Below are positions 1 through 9,156 of a stretch of 64,000 nt of DNA, in pieces. Source of the DNA: an uncultured Candidatus Saccharibacteria bacterium (GTDB lineage: Bacteria > Patescibacteriota > Minisyncoccia > Phycocordibacterales > G965230995). The stretch spans positions 73,868 through 137,867 of the forward strand of contig OZ246398.1 in NCBI GenBank assembly GCA_965230995.1. Direction: 5' to 3'. Both the position numbers and the translations under genes were made by a program. The notes beneath the pieces were generated by a model. It was not told the DNA's origin and did not search any database. It was given only the letters and a program-made list of their open reading frames with translations. Every line of letters begins with the position of its first letter. Positions within the stretch are counted from its first letter, which is position 1.

Positions 1-77
1 GAATTTTTGGCGGGAATGCGTTTGTGTCGGCGCTTCGCGCCGACCCCATTTCGGCTTCCAATTCCGATTTTCAATTT

Positions 78-170
78 TGGCGGAGAGTGTGGGATTCGAA
101 CCCACGAGGCCGTTTAACGGGCCTACCTCGTTAGCAGTGAGGCGCTTTCGGCCAGCTCAGCCAACTCTCC
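78..170 (-). tRNA. tRNA-Ser (anticodon GCU), class II with long variable arm, CCA encoded
   Basis: Reverse complement folds as cloverleaf: acceptor GGAGAGU/ACUCUCC, 3-bp D stem, anticodon loop CUGCUAA (GCU), long variable hairpin GGCC..GGCC, T arm GUGGG-UUCGAAU-CCCAC, 3' GCCA. Confidence 0.75.
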
Positions 171-312
171 ATTCGTACAACTATAATCTAATAATGTGAT
201 ATCTTCAAGCGCCGACAGTGTTGTAATTTTTTAAACTTAAGACTTTGTAAAATATATATTGATACATAATAAAGACTTTGGTGTATAATATTGAGAGATA
301 AAAAATATTTAT

Positions 313-990
313 ATGAACAAAAATGCACTCGTTATTGTAATCGTAATCATCGCCCTCGTGGTTTTGGGTTATTTTGCATATTTTGCAACAACAAAGACAA
401 ACCTTGAGGCAAAATCTTTTTTAACTTCTAAAGAAAATATAAATACGCAACCTATAAATACCGCACCAATAGTAACGACAAGAACTACAAGAACTTCGAC
501 CGCTAAATCTACTCCAAAAACATCTAGCACAAACACGAGCAAGCAGACTACTCCAGCCCCCAAACTTACTGCACCAAAAGCAACAACCACCCCACCGACA
601 CCACCAGTATCTCCGGACGCAAAATTACCAGACCTAATTGTTGAAAACATAACCATTTCTCCTGCTACTCCAACGATAAACAATAGTAATGTTGAGATAA
701 CAGTTACAATTAAAAATACAGGACAAGGCACTCTAACAAATACAGATCCAGTTTCTGTTACCATAGAATCAGACACAGGTTTCTTTACCGAAAAATCTCT
801 GTCGACAACACTTGCACCTGGCAAAACTGCTCAAGTAAAATACAAACCATTTCTAGACCTCGAAGAACCATTTGAACCGGGAGAATCAGTGATTAGCGCC
901 TATATAAATATTGATGCAATGGTTGAAGAAGAAGACTACGACAATAACGATAAAACCGTAACTGTAGAATTTCTAGAGGAGACAGAATAA
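313..990 (+). CDS. secreted/membrane-anchored protein with N-terminal TM helix, Thr/Pro-rich linker and CARDB-like beta-sandwich domain
   Basis: ORF 225 aa; hydrophobic N-terminus, TTRTTRTSTAKSTPKTSS linker, motif PDLIVENITISP...VTIKNTGQG typical of CARDB domains; TTGATA-N17-TATAAT promoter upstream (~260-295). Confidence 0.5.
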   Translation: MNKNALVIVIVIIALVVLGYFAYFATTKTNLEAKSFLTSKENINTQPINTAPIVTTRTTRTSTAKSTPKTSSTNTSKQTTPAPKLTAPKATTTPPTPPVSPDAKLPDLIVENITISPATPTINNSNVEITVTIKNTGQGTLTNTDPVSVTIESDTGFFTEKSLSTTLAPGKTAQVKYKPFLDLEEPFEPGESVISAYINIDAMVEEEDYDNNDKTVTVEFLEETE

Positions 991-991
991 T

Positions 992-3148
992 ATGGAACTT
1001 TCTGACGAGATAATAAAATACCATAAGCTGACCGAGATTCAGATAAAAGCTTTGAAAAGACTCGGACTCAAAAAAGTCCGAGATCTTTTATATTATTTCC
1101 CCACTCGTTATGGAAATACTTTTGCGATAAAAATGATACAGGATTTAACTGCCGGCGAAGAAGCTGAAGTCTACGGCACGATTAAAAAACTTAAAACAGG
1201 AAAGACATTTAAAACCAGAATGCCTTTTGCCGAAGCGGTTTTATATGATGAAACAGGCTCTATTTCTCTAAAATGGTTTAACCAACCATATATGGCAAAA
1301 CTGATTTCCGAAGGAAAAGTCGTAAAAGTAAGCGGAAAAATTAATCAGGACAAAAAAGGCCATCTTTCATTTTTAAATCCACATACAGAAGCAGTCAGCG
1401 ATGTCCCAATTGCAGTTGGTGATTCTTTATTTACAACAAGCGAAACTTCTTTGGGGATGCCTGTATATCCAGAAACAAAAGGCATTACATCGACATGGAT
1501 ACACCATGCAATAGTGAGAGCTTTCAAAAATGGAGCTTTAGATAAAATAAAAGATCCAATTCCAAAAGAAATTTTGACAAGATACAGTTTGCCATCACTG
1601 CGAACTGCATTGATTTGGATACATAACCCGAGAAAAAATGAAGACGCCGAATCAGCGAGGAAACGTTTTGCTTTTGAAGAAATATTTTTTGTACAACTAA
1701 AGAAACAACAAGAAAGAAAATTACACGAAGAAAGTGGGGCTTTCGTAATTGAACCAAACAACAAACACGTACAAGAGTTCATAAAGAGGTTCCCTTTCAA
1801 AGCGACAGATTCACAGATAAAAGCTATTGATCATATACTCAGTGATTTTAAAAAAGGTCACGCAATGTCTAGACTGCTCGAGGGTGATGTGGGTTCCGGA
1901 AAGACAGCAGTGGCTGCGGTCACAGCATTTGCTGTAGTCACAACCCCACCGCCAGACAACAAATATGGGAATTTGCAGGTGGCATATATGGCACCGACAG
2001 AAATTCTTGCGAACCAACATTTCGAAAGTTTTATAAAATTTTTCTCTTATCTCGGTGTCCAGGTCGGTCTCATTACTGGTAGTGGTTGCAAAAAATTTCC
2101 ATCAAAAACAAACCCGGGTCAATCAACTCCGATCTCAAAAGCTCAACTTTTGCGATGGGTGAAAAGTGGTGAAATACCGATCTTGGTCGGAACACACGCT
2201 CTCATTTCTAAAAATGTCGAATTTAAAAATTTGGCTTATATAGTAATTGACGAACAACACAAATTCGGGACAAAACAAAGACAAAAATTGCGAAACAAGG
2301 ACGACATTGTCCCCCATCTGTTATCGATGACAGCTACACCAATCCCGAGAACACTCGCTCTCACATTATATGGCGACCTTGACCTAACACTACTTGATAC
2401 AATGCCAGCAGGAAGAAAAAAGACAGAGACATTTATTGTCCGCCCAAAGGAAAGACAAAATATGTACGAAGAAATTAGAAACAGGCTCGAAGCCGGAAGA
2501 CAGTTGTATGTTATATGCCCTAGAATTTCCGAACCAGACCCAGACAAACAAACTGCCCTTCTTGTCGCATCAGCAGAGGCAGAAGCAAAAAGATTAAAAT
2601 CTGATGTTTTTCCAGAATTTGAAATTGGTTTATTGCACGGAAAGATGACTCCAAAAGAAAAAGACAAAGCAATGAAAGATTTTGAAAATAACAAAACACA
2701 AATATTGGTTTCAACATCTGTAGTCGAAGTCGGCGTAAACGTTCCGAATGCCACGATGATTATAATAGAAGGAGCAGAAAGATTTGGTCTGGCACAATTA
2801 CATCAATTGCGTGGCCGGGTTGCGAGAAGCAGTCATGATTCATATTGTTTTGTTTTTAGTGATTCAGAAAGAGAAAAAACAATTGAAAGATTAGAGAGCC
2901 TAATCAAAGCAAAAAATGGTTTCGAGCTTGCCGAATTTGATTTGAAACAAAGAGGACCGGGTGAACTATCTGGCCTCAGACAATGGGGAATTTCAGATAT
3001 AGCAATGGAAGCCATCAAGAATATCAAAATGGTAGAGGCAGCTAGAATTGAAGCAAAAAATATAATCGAAAGCGACAGAGAATTAAATAATATACCAATC
3101 ACAAAAGCCGAGTTCATTTATAGAACAGAGCATTTGCATATGGAATAG
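992..3148 (+). CDS. recG: ATP-dependent DNA helicase RecG
   Basis: 718 aa; Walker A GDVGSGKT, DEQH box (VIDEQHKFG), helicase C motifs (QLHQLRGRVAR), N-terminal wedge-like region. Confidence 0.9.
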   Translation: MELSDEIIKYHKLTEIQIKALKRLGLKKVRDLLYYFPTRYGNTFAIKMIQDLTAGEEAEVYGTIKKLKTGKTFKTRMPFAEAVLYDETGSISLKWFNQPYMAKLISEGKVVKVSGKINQDKKGHLSFLNPHTEAVSDVPIAVGDSLFTTSETSLGMPVYPETKGITSTWIHHAIVRAFKNGALDKIKDPIPKEILTRYSLPSLRTALIWIHNPRKNEDAESARKRFAFEEIFFVQLKKQQERKLHEESGAFVIEPNNKHVQEFIKRFPFKATDSQIKAIDHILSDFKKGHAMSRLLEGDVGSGKTAVAAVTAFAVVTTPPPDNKYGNLQVAYMAPTEILANQHFESFIKFFSYLGVQVGLITGSGCKKFPSKTNPGQSTPISKAQLLRWVKSGEIPILVGTHALISKNVEFKNLAYIVIDEQHKFGTKQRQKLRNKDDIVPHLLSMTATPIPRTLALTLYGDLDLTLLDTMPAGRKKTETFIVRPKERQNMYEEIRNRLEAGRQLYVICPRISEPDPDKQTALLVASAEAEAKRLKSDVFPEFEIGLLHGKMTPKEKDKAMKDFENNKTQILVSTSVVEVGVNVPNATMIIIEGAERFGLAQLHQLRGRVARSSHDSYCFVFSDSEREKTIERLESLIKAKNGFELAEFDLKQRGPGELSGLRQWGISDIAMEAIKNIKMVEAARIEAKNIIESDRELNNIPITKAEFIYRTEHLHME

Positions 3149-3151
3149 TTT

Positions 3152-4141
3152 TTAATTCGATAGATATTTTTTACCGACTGAAACTGAGATATATCCAAGA
3201 CCGATGAATATGAACCCAAGTATTATCACTAGAAATGGCCAGGCTATCGAATCTGCAAAATACTTGAATGTAATATAAGAAGAATATCCTATAAAGAATA
3301 GCGATGTGGCAACAAGAGCACTTATACTCTTTATTTTTGTTGATATTGCAAAACAGATGAAGATGACTATGAAATATAGAGCTTCACCTAAACCAGTTTT
3401 AAGTATTTCTGCAATAAGTACACCGGAAAGTATTCCTATGCTTCCGAAAAAATACAAAAGACCAGATAATCTTTTATTCCTTCCCAAAGCAAATGTCCTA
3501 CCTAGCATTAGATAAGAGATACCGACAAGTACAGTCAGGTAGCCAAACAGACTTTCCGTTCCGTTCAAACCAAATAGACCTTCAGTACCGTTCATGTCAT
3601 TTATGAACGCTCCAAGCAATGCAAAGACGAATACGGTACCATGAACAATAGAGAAAAATGATAGGATTGGGTGTTTGTGAATATAATCAAGTATCAGATA
3701 AACTACAAACAAAATAGCAAATGTAACCGCCCCCTGCCACAAAGAAGGAATAGCTGACGTCGTCTCGAATAAAGTAACAAGCGCCCCAATAGGAACAAGA
3801 ACACCTGAAATTGTATGAAATACTGCTCCAATTTGTTCGCCTGGTTTTTTGACAAATAACACAGAACCAATAGAAGCAAATACAATCCCAAGACCTAGAG
3901 TTGAGATTATTCTACCGAAAGACCCGATATCTTCCCAAATGAGCATCATAAAAAATATTATTCCGATTACAACAATTAGTGTACCAATAGAATATAATAT
4001 TTTATTTACAGTAAGCATACCTTTGGTTACAGATTGGCTATTTGCATTAGAAATACCAAAAATATTTGTTATTTCATCCTGGCGAATTTCCCCACTCTCT
4101 AATTTGCTTTTTAGCAAAGATAATAATTGTTCTTTTTCCAT
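3152..4141 (-). CDS. integral membrane protein (multi-TM, N-terminal soluble segment)
   Basis: 329 aa ORF, 8+ hydrophobic segments, no recognisable catalytic motif. Confidence 0.45.
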   Translation of the reverse strand: MEKEQLLSLLKSKLESGEIRQDEITNIFGISNANSQSVTKGMLTVNKILYSIGTLIVVIGIIFFMMLIWEDIGSFGRIISTLGLGIVFASIGSVLFVKKPGEQIGAVFHTISGVLVPIGALVTLFETTSAIPSLWQGAVTFAILFVVYLILDYIHKHPILSFFSIVHGTVFVFALLGAFINDMNGTEGLFGLNGTESLFGYLTVLVGISYLMLGRTFALGRNKRLSGLLYFFGSIGILSGVLIAEILKTGLGEALYFIVIFICFAISTKIKSISALVATSLFFIGYSSYITFKYFADSIAWPFLVIILGFIFIGLGYISVSVGKKYLSN

Positions 4142-4156
4142 TTTTTAATTATTAAT

Positions 4157-4711
4157 TTATAGCACCCAACCGATTAGCTTAAAATTGTTGTCGTTATAAT
4201 AGCTATCTGGCGATGAAATAGTATTCATCTTCATTTTTTTGCCGTCTTTCATTAGATAGTAACCTGATTCTGATCTGCCACCATCAAAAAACAAGAAGTC
4301 ACCTGAGCCTTCGTAGCTCCATTTGAGCATCACACCATCTGGAGATTGAACAAGGTCGCTAAGTTCATTTTTTTCTACTTCTGCAAGTGTAATTTCCTTA
4401 CTAATATTTTTTTCTGTATCGTGTTTAAAAATTCTGACTTTTTTACCTTTTGCAAAATTTTCAAAATCACTTCCCGCTTCTGGTTCTGTATAAGTAAGTT
4501 TTTTGTCTGCAACCTTGTAGTGAGCATTTATGAATTCGAGACAATTTGTCTTTTCATAATAGTATGATCCTCCATCGCAAGTAGCATATACAAAATCATA
4601 ATCAGTTTCGACCACCCTATTTGGAACGTAAACATACAAAGCAACCACAGCAAGGAATATAATTGGAATCAAAATTGCAATAGCAACTATATTTTTTCTT
4701 ATAAAATCCAT
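4157..4711 (-). CDS. hypothetical membrane-anchored protein (single N-terminal TM)
   Basis: ORF track gives 4157..4786. The first 25 codons translate the upstream terminator hairpin, so the start was moved to the internal Met (MDFIRKNIVAIAIL...). Confidence 0.4.
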   Translation of the reverse strand: MDFIRKNIVAIAILIPIIFLAVVALYVYVPNRVVETDYDFVYATCDGGSYYYEKTNCLEFINAHYKVADKKLTYTEPEAGSDFENFAKGKKVRIFKHDTEKNISKEITLAEVEKNELSDLVQSPDGVMLKWSYEGSGDFLFFDGGRSESGYYLMKDGKKMKMNTISSPDSYYNDNNFKLIGWVL

Positions 4712-4752
4712 AATAAGTTTTTTAATTTGTAATGTTTTTATTATAACACAAA

Positions 4753-4780
4753 ACAGCCCCGCCGTAGGCGGGGCTGTTTT
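4753..4780 (-). terminator. rho-independent terminator (bidirectional hairpin) after 4790..6196 gene
   Basis: AAAACAGCCCCGCC-GUAG-GCGGGGCUGUUUU perfect GC-rich stem flanked by A/T runs. Confidence 0.75.
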
Positions 4781-4789
4781 AATCAATTG

Positions 4790-6196
4790 TTATCTAAACA
4801 AATCTAGTAATATATCTAGTATTCCTCTTGATGATTCTCCAACTGATGCAACTGAAGAATCTGAGTCTTCAGAAGCTACTGCGGGAGCAACTATATTGAC
4901 ACCTTCTACTTTTGCAACAACTGGAGCTGACGCCTCGTCTCCTGAGTATGTAATTCTGACAGTATAGTTTTCTGATACAGGTGCATTTTTAGGAATTCTA
5001 ATCAACTGCTTTCCATCATTTGTAGAAACATCGTAAGCATAAGCGATTCCATCTTTAATTAATTCAACCAAAACTTTTTCTGAAGTCTTTAGAGATACAG
5101 ACGCCCAAGTCACAGTCATTGTTCCGCCAATTGCTGACAATACAGAATCGCTATTTGGTGACGTTATCAATATAGCCGGAGCAGGAACAGCAAGAACTTT
5201 AAACGCATCACTCTTATCCTCTGTCACCACTTCACCCTTTGTGTGAGTTACTTTGAAAAAATAGTCTGATCCAGGAACAGCATCCGCTGGGATTTTAAAT
5301 AGTTTTGATTTTATATTTGATACAAAGCTAGAAACTAGAACAGCAGATGAGTCTGTCGAGTTTACATCCCCTTTATATAGTTCAACTTTGTATGAACCGC
5401 CAACTATATTTTCAGTTGTCCATTTAACCTGTATATTTTTCCCAACCGTAACTTCTACACCAGCTGTTGGTTCAACTACAGTAATTGCAGGGAGCTTTAC
5501 TTCTGGAGCTGTGATACTAAATACACCTGACTCTGCTGACAGTGCAGCTGTTGTATTAGATTCAGCAACAACGCTGACCCTTACCTTATAATCATTTCCG
5601 GCTACCAAGGTTTTTTCTGTCTTTACTTGAAAACTCTTTGTATTAGAAATATCTTGACTTGATACAACTACTGAGCCTTTTACGAGTTCAACCTTGAGTT
5701 TCTGTGCAGCAAGCATATTTGTTGTCTTCCATATTGCTTTTATGTTTGTTCCAGCAACAAATGTTGCTCCAGCAATAGGAGCGGTGACTGTGATGGTTGG
5801 ATCTGTTGGTTTTACTCCCAAACATGAAACTTCTTTTATCTTTGCCCTAGTCAAAGGACCTGTCTTTCCATATTCTACAGATTCAGTACTTGTGTCCTTT
5901 GTTACTACTCCCACTTTCTTTTGCCAAGCGAGGAGGGCCTTTGTTGTCAAAGTTCCAAAGTACCCATATTGTCCTTCTGGAACATTAAGTGTTCCATAGT
6001 CCGTAAGGAATAGCTGAAGTTTAGTAACATCACCAACACCTGAAGCAACGCCCGCTACATCTACATCAACATCTCCTTCCCTTAAGAATTTAGTAATATT
6101 TACACATGTTGCGCTTTCTGCCTGAGCCGAAACCCCAGCGATATTAGCAGAAAATGCTAAAGCGATTACGAGAATTGTTAATAAATATTTTTTCAT
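4790..6196 (-). CDS. secreted protein: signal peptide, peptidoglycan-binding (PG_binding_1-like) domain, three tandem ~100-aa Ig-like Ser/Thr-rich repeats
   Basis: 468 aa; signal peptide MKKYLLTILVIALAFSANIAGVSA; LQLFLTDYG...GYFGTLTTKALLAWQKKVGV resembles PG-binding domain; repeats KVELVKGSVV.. / KVELYKGDV.. Confidence 0.55.
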   Translation of the reverse strand: MKKYLLTILVIALAFSANIAGVSAQAESATCVNITKFLREGDVDVDVAGVASGVGDVTKLQLFLTDYGTLNVPEGQYGYFGTLTTKALLAWQKKVGVVTKDTSTESVEYGKTGPLTRAKIKEVSCLGVKPTDPTITVTAPIAGATFVAGTNIKAIWKTTNMLAAQKLKVELVKGSVVVSSQDISNTKSFQVKTEKTLVAGNDYKVRVSVVAESNTTAALSAESGVFSITAPEVKLPAITVVEPTAGVEVTVGKNIQVKWTTENIVGGSYKVELYKGDVNSTDSSAVLVSSFVSNIKSKLFKIPADAVPGSDYFFKVTHTKGEVVTEDKSDAFKVLAVPAPAILITSPNSDSVLSAIGGTMTVTWASVSLKTSEKVLVELIKDGIAYAYDVSTNDGKQLIRIPKNAPVSENYTVRITYSGDEASAPVVAKVEGVNIVAPAVASEDSDSSVASVGESSRGILDILLDLFR

Positions 6197-6295
6197 AATT
6201 TTTTTAATAATAACTAATAGTTCAATTGACCTAATTGAATACTTAAATATTATACTATTCTTTCGTTAAAAGAAGAAATTAGTTATCAACAAAAA

Positions 6296-6893
6296 AACGA
6301 CTTCGTTATTTTGTGCGCGCGGGAGGACTCGGTCACTCTCGTGGCTTTTTATTTCGTCCATTTGATGTTCCAGGACTCGGTCACGAATCACTAAGTCTGC
6401 TCATATTGCAAAGCAATATTGCGCGGACTAAGTGTTCGCGACCCCGCCTCACTTCTGAATTCTTTTTGGCAAAAAAGAATTCAGACTCCGCTTCGCTCCG
6501 TGCGTTCCGGCCTTCTCGTCCTGTCTCGAAACACCGGACAACAAAAAAGTGTACTAAGCGTACACTTTTTTGTTGTCAGTGCGCGTGCCAGGACTCGAAC
6601 CTTACAGGTTCAGTACCCCGATTGGATAATTACTTCGTCCTAGACGGACTCGTAATTATGCTCAATCGGGCTTCGAGTCCTGGACGAAAAGTCCCCCGGA
6701 CTTTTCTCACCAGCACAAAACAACTTCGTTATTTTGTGCGCGTGCCAGGACTCGAACCTTACAGGTTCAGTACCCCGATTGGATAATTACTTCGTCCTAG
6801 ACGGACTCGTAATTATGCTCAATCGGGCTTCGAGTCCTGGACGAAAAGTCCCCCGGACTTTTCTCACCAGCACAAAACAACTTCGTTATTTTG
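6296..6893 (-). repeat. tandem repeat array downstream of tRNA-Ile: two identical 157-bp units (6579-6735, 6736-6892) each ending in the 3' 22 nt of tRNA-Ile, plus degenerate older copies and long hairpins (6296-6578)
   Basis: Period 157 bp read directly from sequence (GTGCGCGTGCCAGGACTCGAACC recurs at 6579, 6736, 6893); degenerate GTGACCGAGTCCTCCCGCGCGCACAAAATAACGAAGTCG at ~6296-6330; 18-bp perfect hairpin 6541-6580; 14-bp palindrome 6456-6490. Confidence 0.85.
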
Positions 6894-6966
6894 TGCGCGT
6901 GCCAGGACTCGAACCTGGGACCACGGAGGTATAAGCTCCGCACTCTACCAACTGAGCTACACGCGC
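6894..6966 (-). tRNA. tRNA-Ile (anticodon UAU), no encoded CCA
   Basis: Reverse complement GCGCGUG-UA-GCUC-AGUUGGUA-GAGU-G-CGGAG-CUUAUAC-CUCCG-UGGUC-CCAGG-UUCGAGU-CCUGG-CACGCGC-A; canonical cloverleaf, U33, A37, anticodon UAU. Confidence 0.7.
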
Positions 6967-7056
6967 ATTTGTATCGAAATACTATCGCAAACTTTAAAAT
7001 ACAGCAAATATTGTAAAAAAGTCCATATTGCAATAAAATTAAGTTTTGAAAAACAT

Positions 7057-8409
7057 ATGAAAATCTCTTTATCATCAATACTGGTATTTTTAATATCAGC
7101 ACCGTTTATTTTACAAGCCAATATCAATTCAGAAAACACGATTAATTATTCGTTAATTTTTATCTGGATTGTAGTGATCCTATTATCAGCAAAAATTTCT
7201 AGTCTTATAGAAAAAGTCGGTATGCCTTCTGTCCTCGGTGAACTTTGTGTTGGTATTGCACTAGGAAATCTAGCGATATTTGGCTTTCCGTATCTTGAAG
7301 GTATTAAAGGAAACGAAATAATCTCCTTCCTAGCACAACTGGGTGTTGTAATTCTCCTATTTCAAATTGGGCTTGAGTCAAACATTTCAAAATTACTTGG
7401 CGTCGGTATTCGGGCAATCGGCGTAGCGTTTGCAGGAGTGCTCGCAACCTTTCTATTAATATGGGTTGCTCTTCCTTTTGTCTTTCCAAACCTATCACCC
7501 CTTGCATATATATTTTTCGCATCAACTTTTGTATCAACGTCAGTAGGTATTTCTGCAAGAGTTTTTAAAGATTTAAAAAAATCAGACAGTGAAGAATCAC
7601 GGCTCGTTCTCAGCTCTGCTGTTTTAGACGACGTCTTGGGTCTAATTGTTCTTGCAATTGCAACAGCCCTTGTGACGAACGGCAATATAAGCACCTTTGC
7701 AATTTCTACTATAGCTCTCAAGGCTATTGCATTTTTGGTTTTGTCTATAGTCATCGGACATTTCACAGCGCCAGCATTTGGAAAAGTTTTTTCAAAAATA
7801 CACACAGGAGTCGGAATGAAATTTACAATTGCAATATCATTTGCACTCGTTTTTGCTTTTTTTGCAGAGAAACTTGGACTTGCTCCGATAATCGGCGCAT
7901 TTGCTGCCGGTTTGGTTTTGGACCCTGTCCATTTTGAATCATTTAGAAAACCTAGAATCGTTAGAAAATTTGAAGAAGTTCTCGGGCAATGTAGTGAAGA
8001 TGTAAAAAGACACGTCTTTGATGCAATAGATCATCACAAAACACACGACATCGAAGACCTCGTCGAACCTCTCGGTCTTTTTCTAATTCCAATATTTTTT
8101 GTACTAACTGGAATGGCGGTTGATCTTAAAACCTTTACTGATCCAAAAATATTTTTGATTTCTTTAATTCTTACTGCACTAGCAATTGCAGGAAAGCTAA
8201 TTGCTGGACTAATTGCAAAAAAGGGTCAGAGAGTATCTGTCGGCTGGGGACTTGTACCTCGTGGCGAAGTCCAGCTTATATTTGCTACTGTTGGTTTATC
8301 GCTCGGTATTTTAAATGAACAAATGTACACCACTGTTGTTCTTGTCGTTTTGCTCACATCTCTTATCACGCCAATAGTTTTGCCGTTTACTCTCAAAAAG
8401 AAAATCTAG
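7057..8409 (+). CDS. cation:proton antiporter (CPA1/CPA2 family Na+/H+ or K+/H+ exchanger)
   Basis: 450 aa, ~12 TM segments, GLESNISKLLGVGIRAIGVAFAGVLATF region typical of Na_H_Exchanger fold; cytosolic insertion between TM blocks. Confidence 0.65.
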   Translation: MKISLSSILVFLISAPFILQANINSENTINYSLIFIWIVVILLSAKISSLIEKVGMPSVLGELCVGIALGNLAIFGFPYLEGIKGNEIISFLAQLGVVILLFQIGLESNISKLLGVGIRAIGVAFAGVLATFLLIWVALPFVFPNLSPLAYIFFASTFVSTSVGISARVFKDLKKSDSEESRLVLSSAVLDDVLGLIVLAIATALVTNGNISTFAISTIALKAIAFLVLSIVIGHFTAPAFGKVFSKIHTGVGMKFTIAISFALVFAFFAEKLGLAPIIGAFAAGLVLDPVHFESFRKPRIVRKFEEVLGQCSEDVKRHVFDAIDHHKTHDIEDLVEPLGLFLIPIFFVLTGMAVDLKTFTDPKIFLISLILTALAIAGKLIAGLIAKKGQRVSVGWGLVPRGEVQLIFATVGLSLGILNEQMYTTVVLVVLLTSLITPIVLPFTLKKKI

Positions 8410-8422
8410 ACTGCAAACCAAA

Positions 8423-9118
8423 ATGTTTAAACAACAAATATCCCCTTCCTTTTCTATAAATCATTTTGATTCTCTGGAACAAACTGTTTTGGAAGCAAAA
8501 AAATATCTTTCTAATTTACTCGAAAAATATACAAAAGAAAATGTACCTGTTCTTTTTTGTGTCTCGGGCGGTTCGGCATTGTCCATAATACAAGATATAA
8601 CTTTCGATAAATTGGTCACAATAATCGCTCTCGACGAGAGATTTACAACTGATGAAAAAAATAACAATTCTATTTTAATTAAAGAAAGGATAGGTAATCA
8701 AAATAACCTAATACAGACCATCCCAAAACAAAACGAGACTCTAAATGAATTTGGAAAAAGATACGAGAGAGAAATATTCAAATGGATAGAAAATAATCCT
8801 CAAGGAAAAATAGTTGCAACAATGGGTATGGGAAACGACGGTCATACCGCTGGCATAATGCCATTTGAAAATATCAATAATTTTTCAAATGAAAATTTTG
8901 TTTACGTATACGAAACAGACAAAAGCGAACACAGACAAAGAGCAACGACGACTTTCACTTTTCTCAAAAAAATAGATAAAGCAATAATGTTTATTTCAGA
9001 TAAAACAAAAAAGCAGGAGGCTTTTAATAAATTAATATCAAAAGATGGAAATCTATCTGAGACTCCAGCGAGAATAATTTATGAAATGAAAGACGTCTCT
9101 GTATTTGTTGATTTTTAA
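8423..9118 (+). CDS. 6-phosphogluconolactonase-like (glucosamine-6-P isomerase/6PGL superfamily)
   Basis: 231 aa; motifs VSGGSALSI, ALDERF, GMGNDGHTAGIMP match the 6PGL signature (GxGxDGHTAS) rather than NagB. Confidence 0.55.
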   Translation: MFKQQISPSFSINHFDSLEQTVLEAKKYLSNLLEKYTKENVPVLFCVSGGSALSIIQDITFDKLVTIIALDERFTTDEKNNNSILIKERIGNQNNLIQTIPKQNETLNEFGKRYEREIFKWIENNPQGKIVATMGMGNDGHTAGIMPFENINNFSNENFVYVYETDKSEHRQRATTTFTFLKKIDKAIMFISDKTKKQEAFNKLISKDGNLSETPARIIYEMKDVSVFVDF

Positions 9119-9123
9119 TATAA

Positions 9124-9150
9124 AAGCGTCCCGCCGTAGGCGGGACGCTT
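9124..9150. terminator. bidirectional rho-independent terminator between convergent pgl-like gene and ftsH
   Basis: AAAAGCGUCCCGCC-GUAG-GCGGGACGCUUUUU. Confidence 0.75.
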
Positions 9151-9156
9151 TTTATA

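Noticed and set aside
27-45. GC-rich hairpin GUCGGCGC-UUC-GCGCCGAC near the window start as a tRNA-Ser terminator
   Set aside because: No U-run on the relevant strand; too close to the window edge to interpret.
369-824. Antisense ORF 369..824(-), and numerous other shadow ORFs inside recG, ftsH, tuf, fusA, r-protein genes, secY, recJ and comEC
   Set aside because: Fully overlapped by well-supported genes on the other strand or frame; low-complexity translations.
4712-4786. N-terminal 25 codons of ORF 4157..4786
   Set aside because: They translate the rho-independent terminator hairpin of the upstream gene; the start was moved to the internal Met.
6579-6893. 157-bp repeats as a CRISPR array
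   Set aside because: Only two to three long units with no spacer/repeat alternation; the units contain the tRNA 3' end and internal dyad symmetry, consistent with att-site scars or a MITE-like element.
6313-7102. ORFs 6313..6786, 6419..6643, 6734..6934 (+) and 6797..7102 (-)
   Set aside because: They lie inside the 157-bp tandem repeats and the tRNA-Ile gene; their amino-acid sequences repeat only because the DNA repeats; no RBS or domain support.
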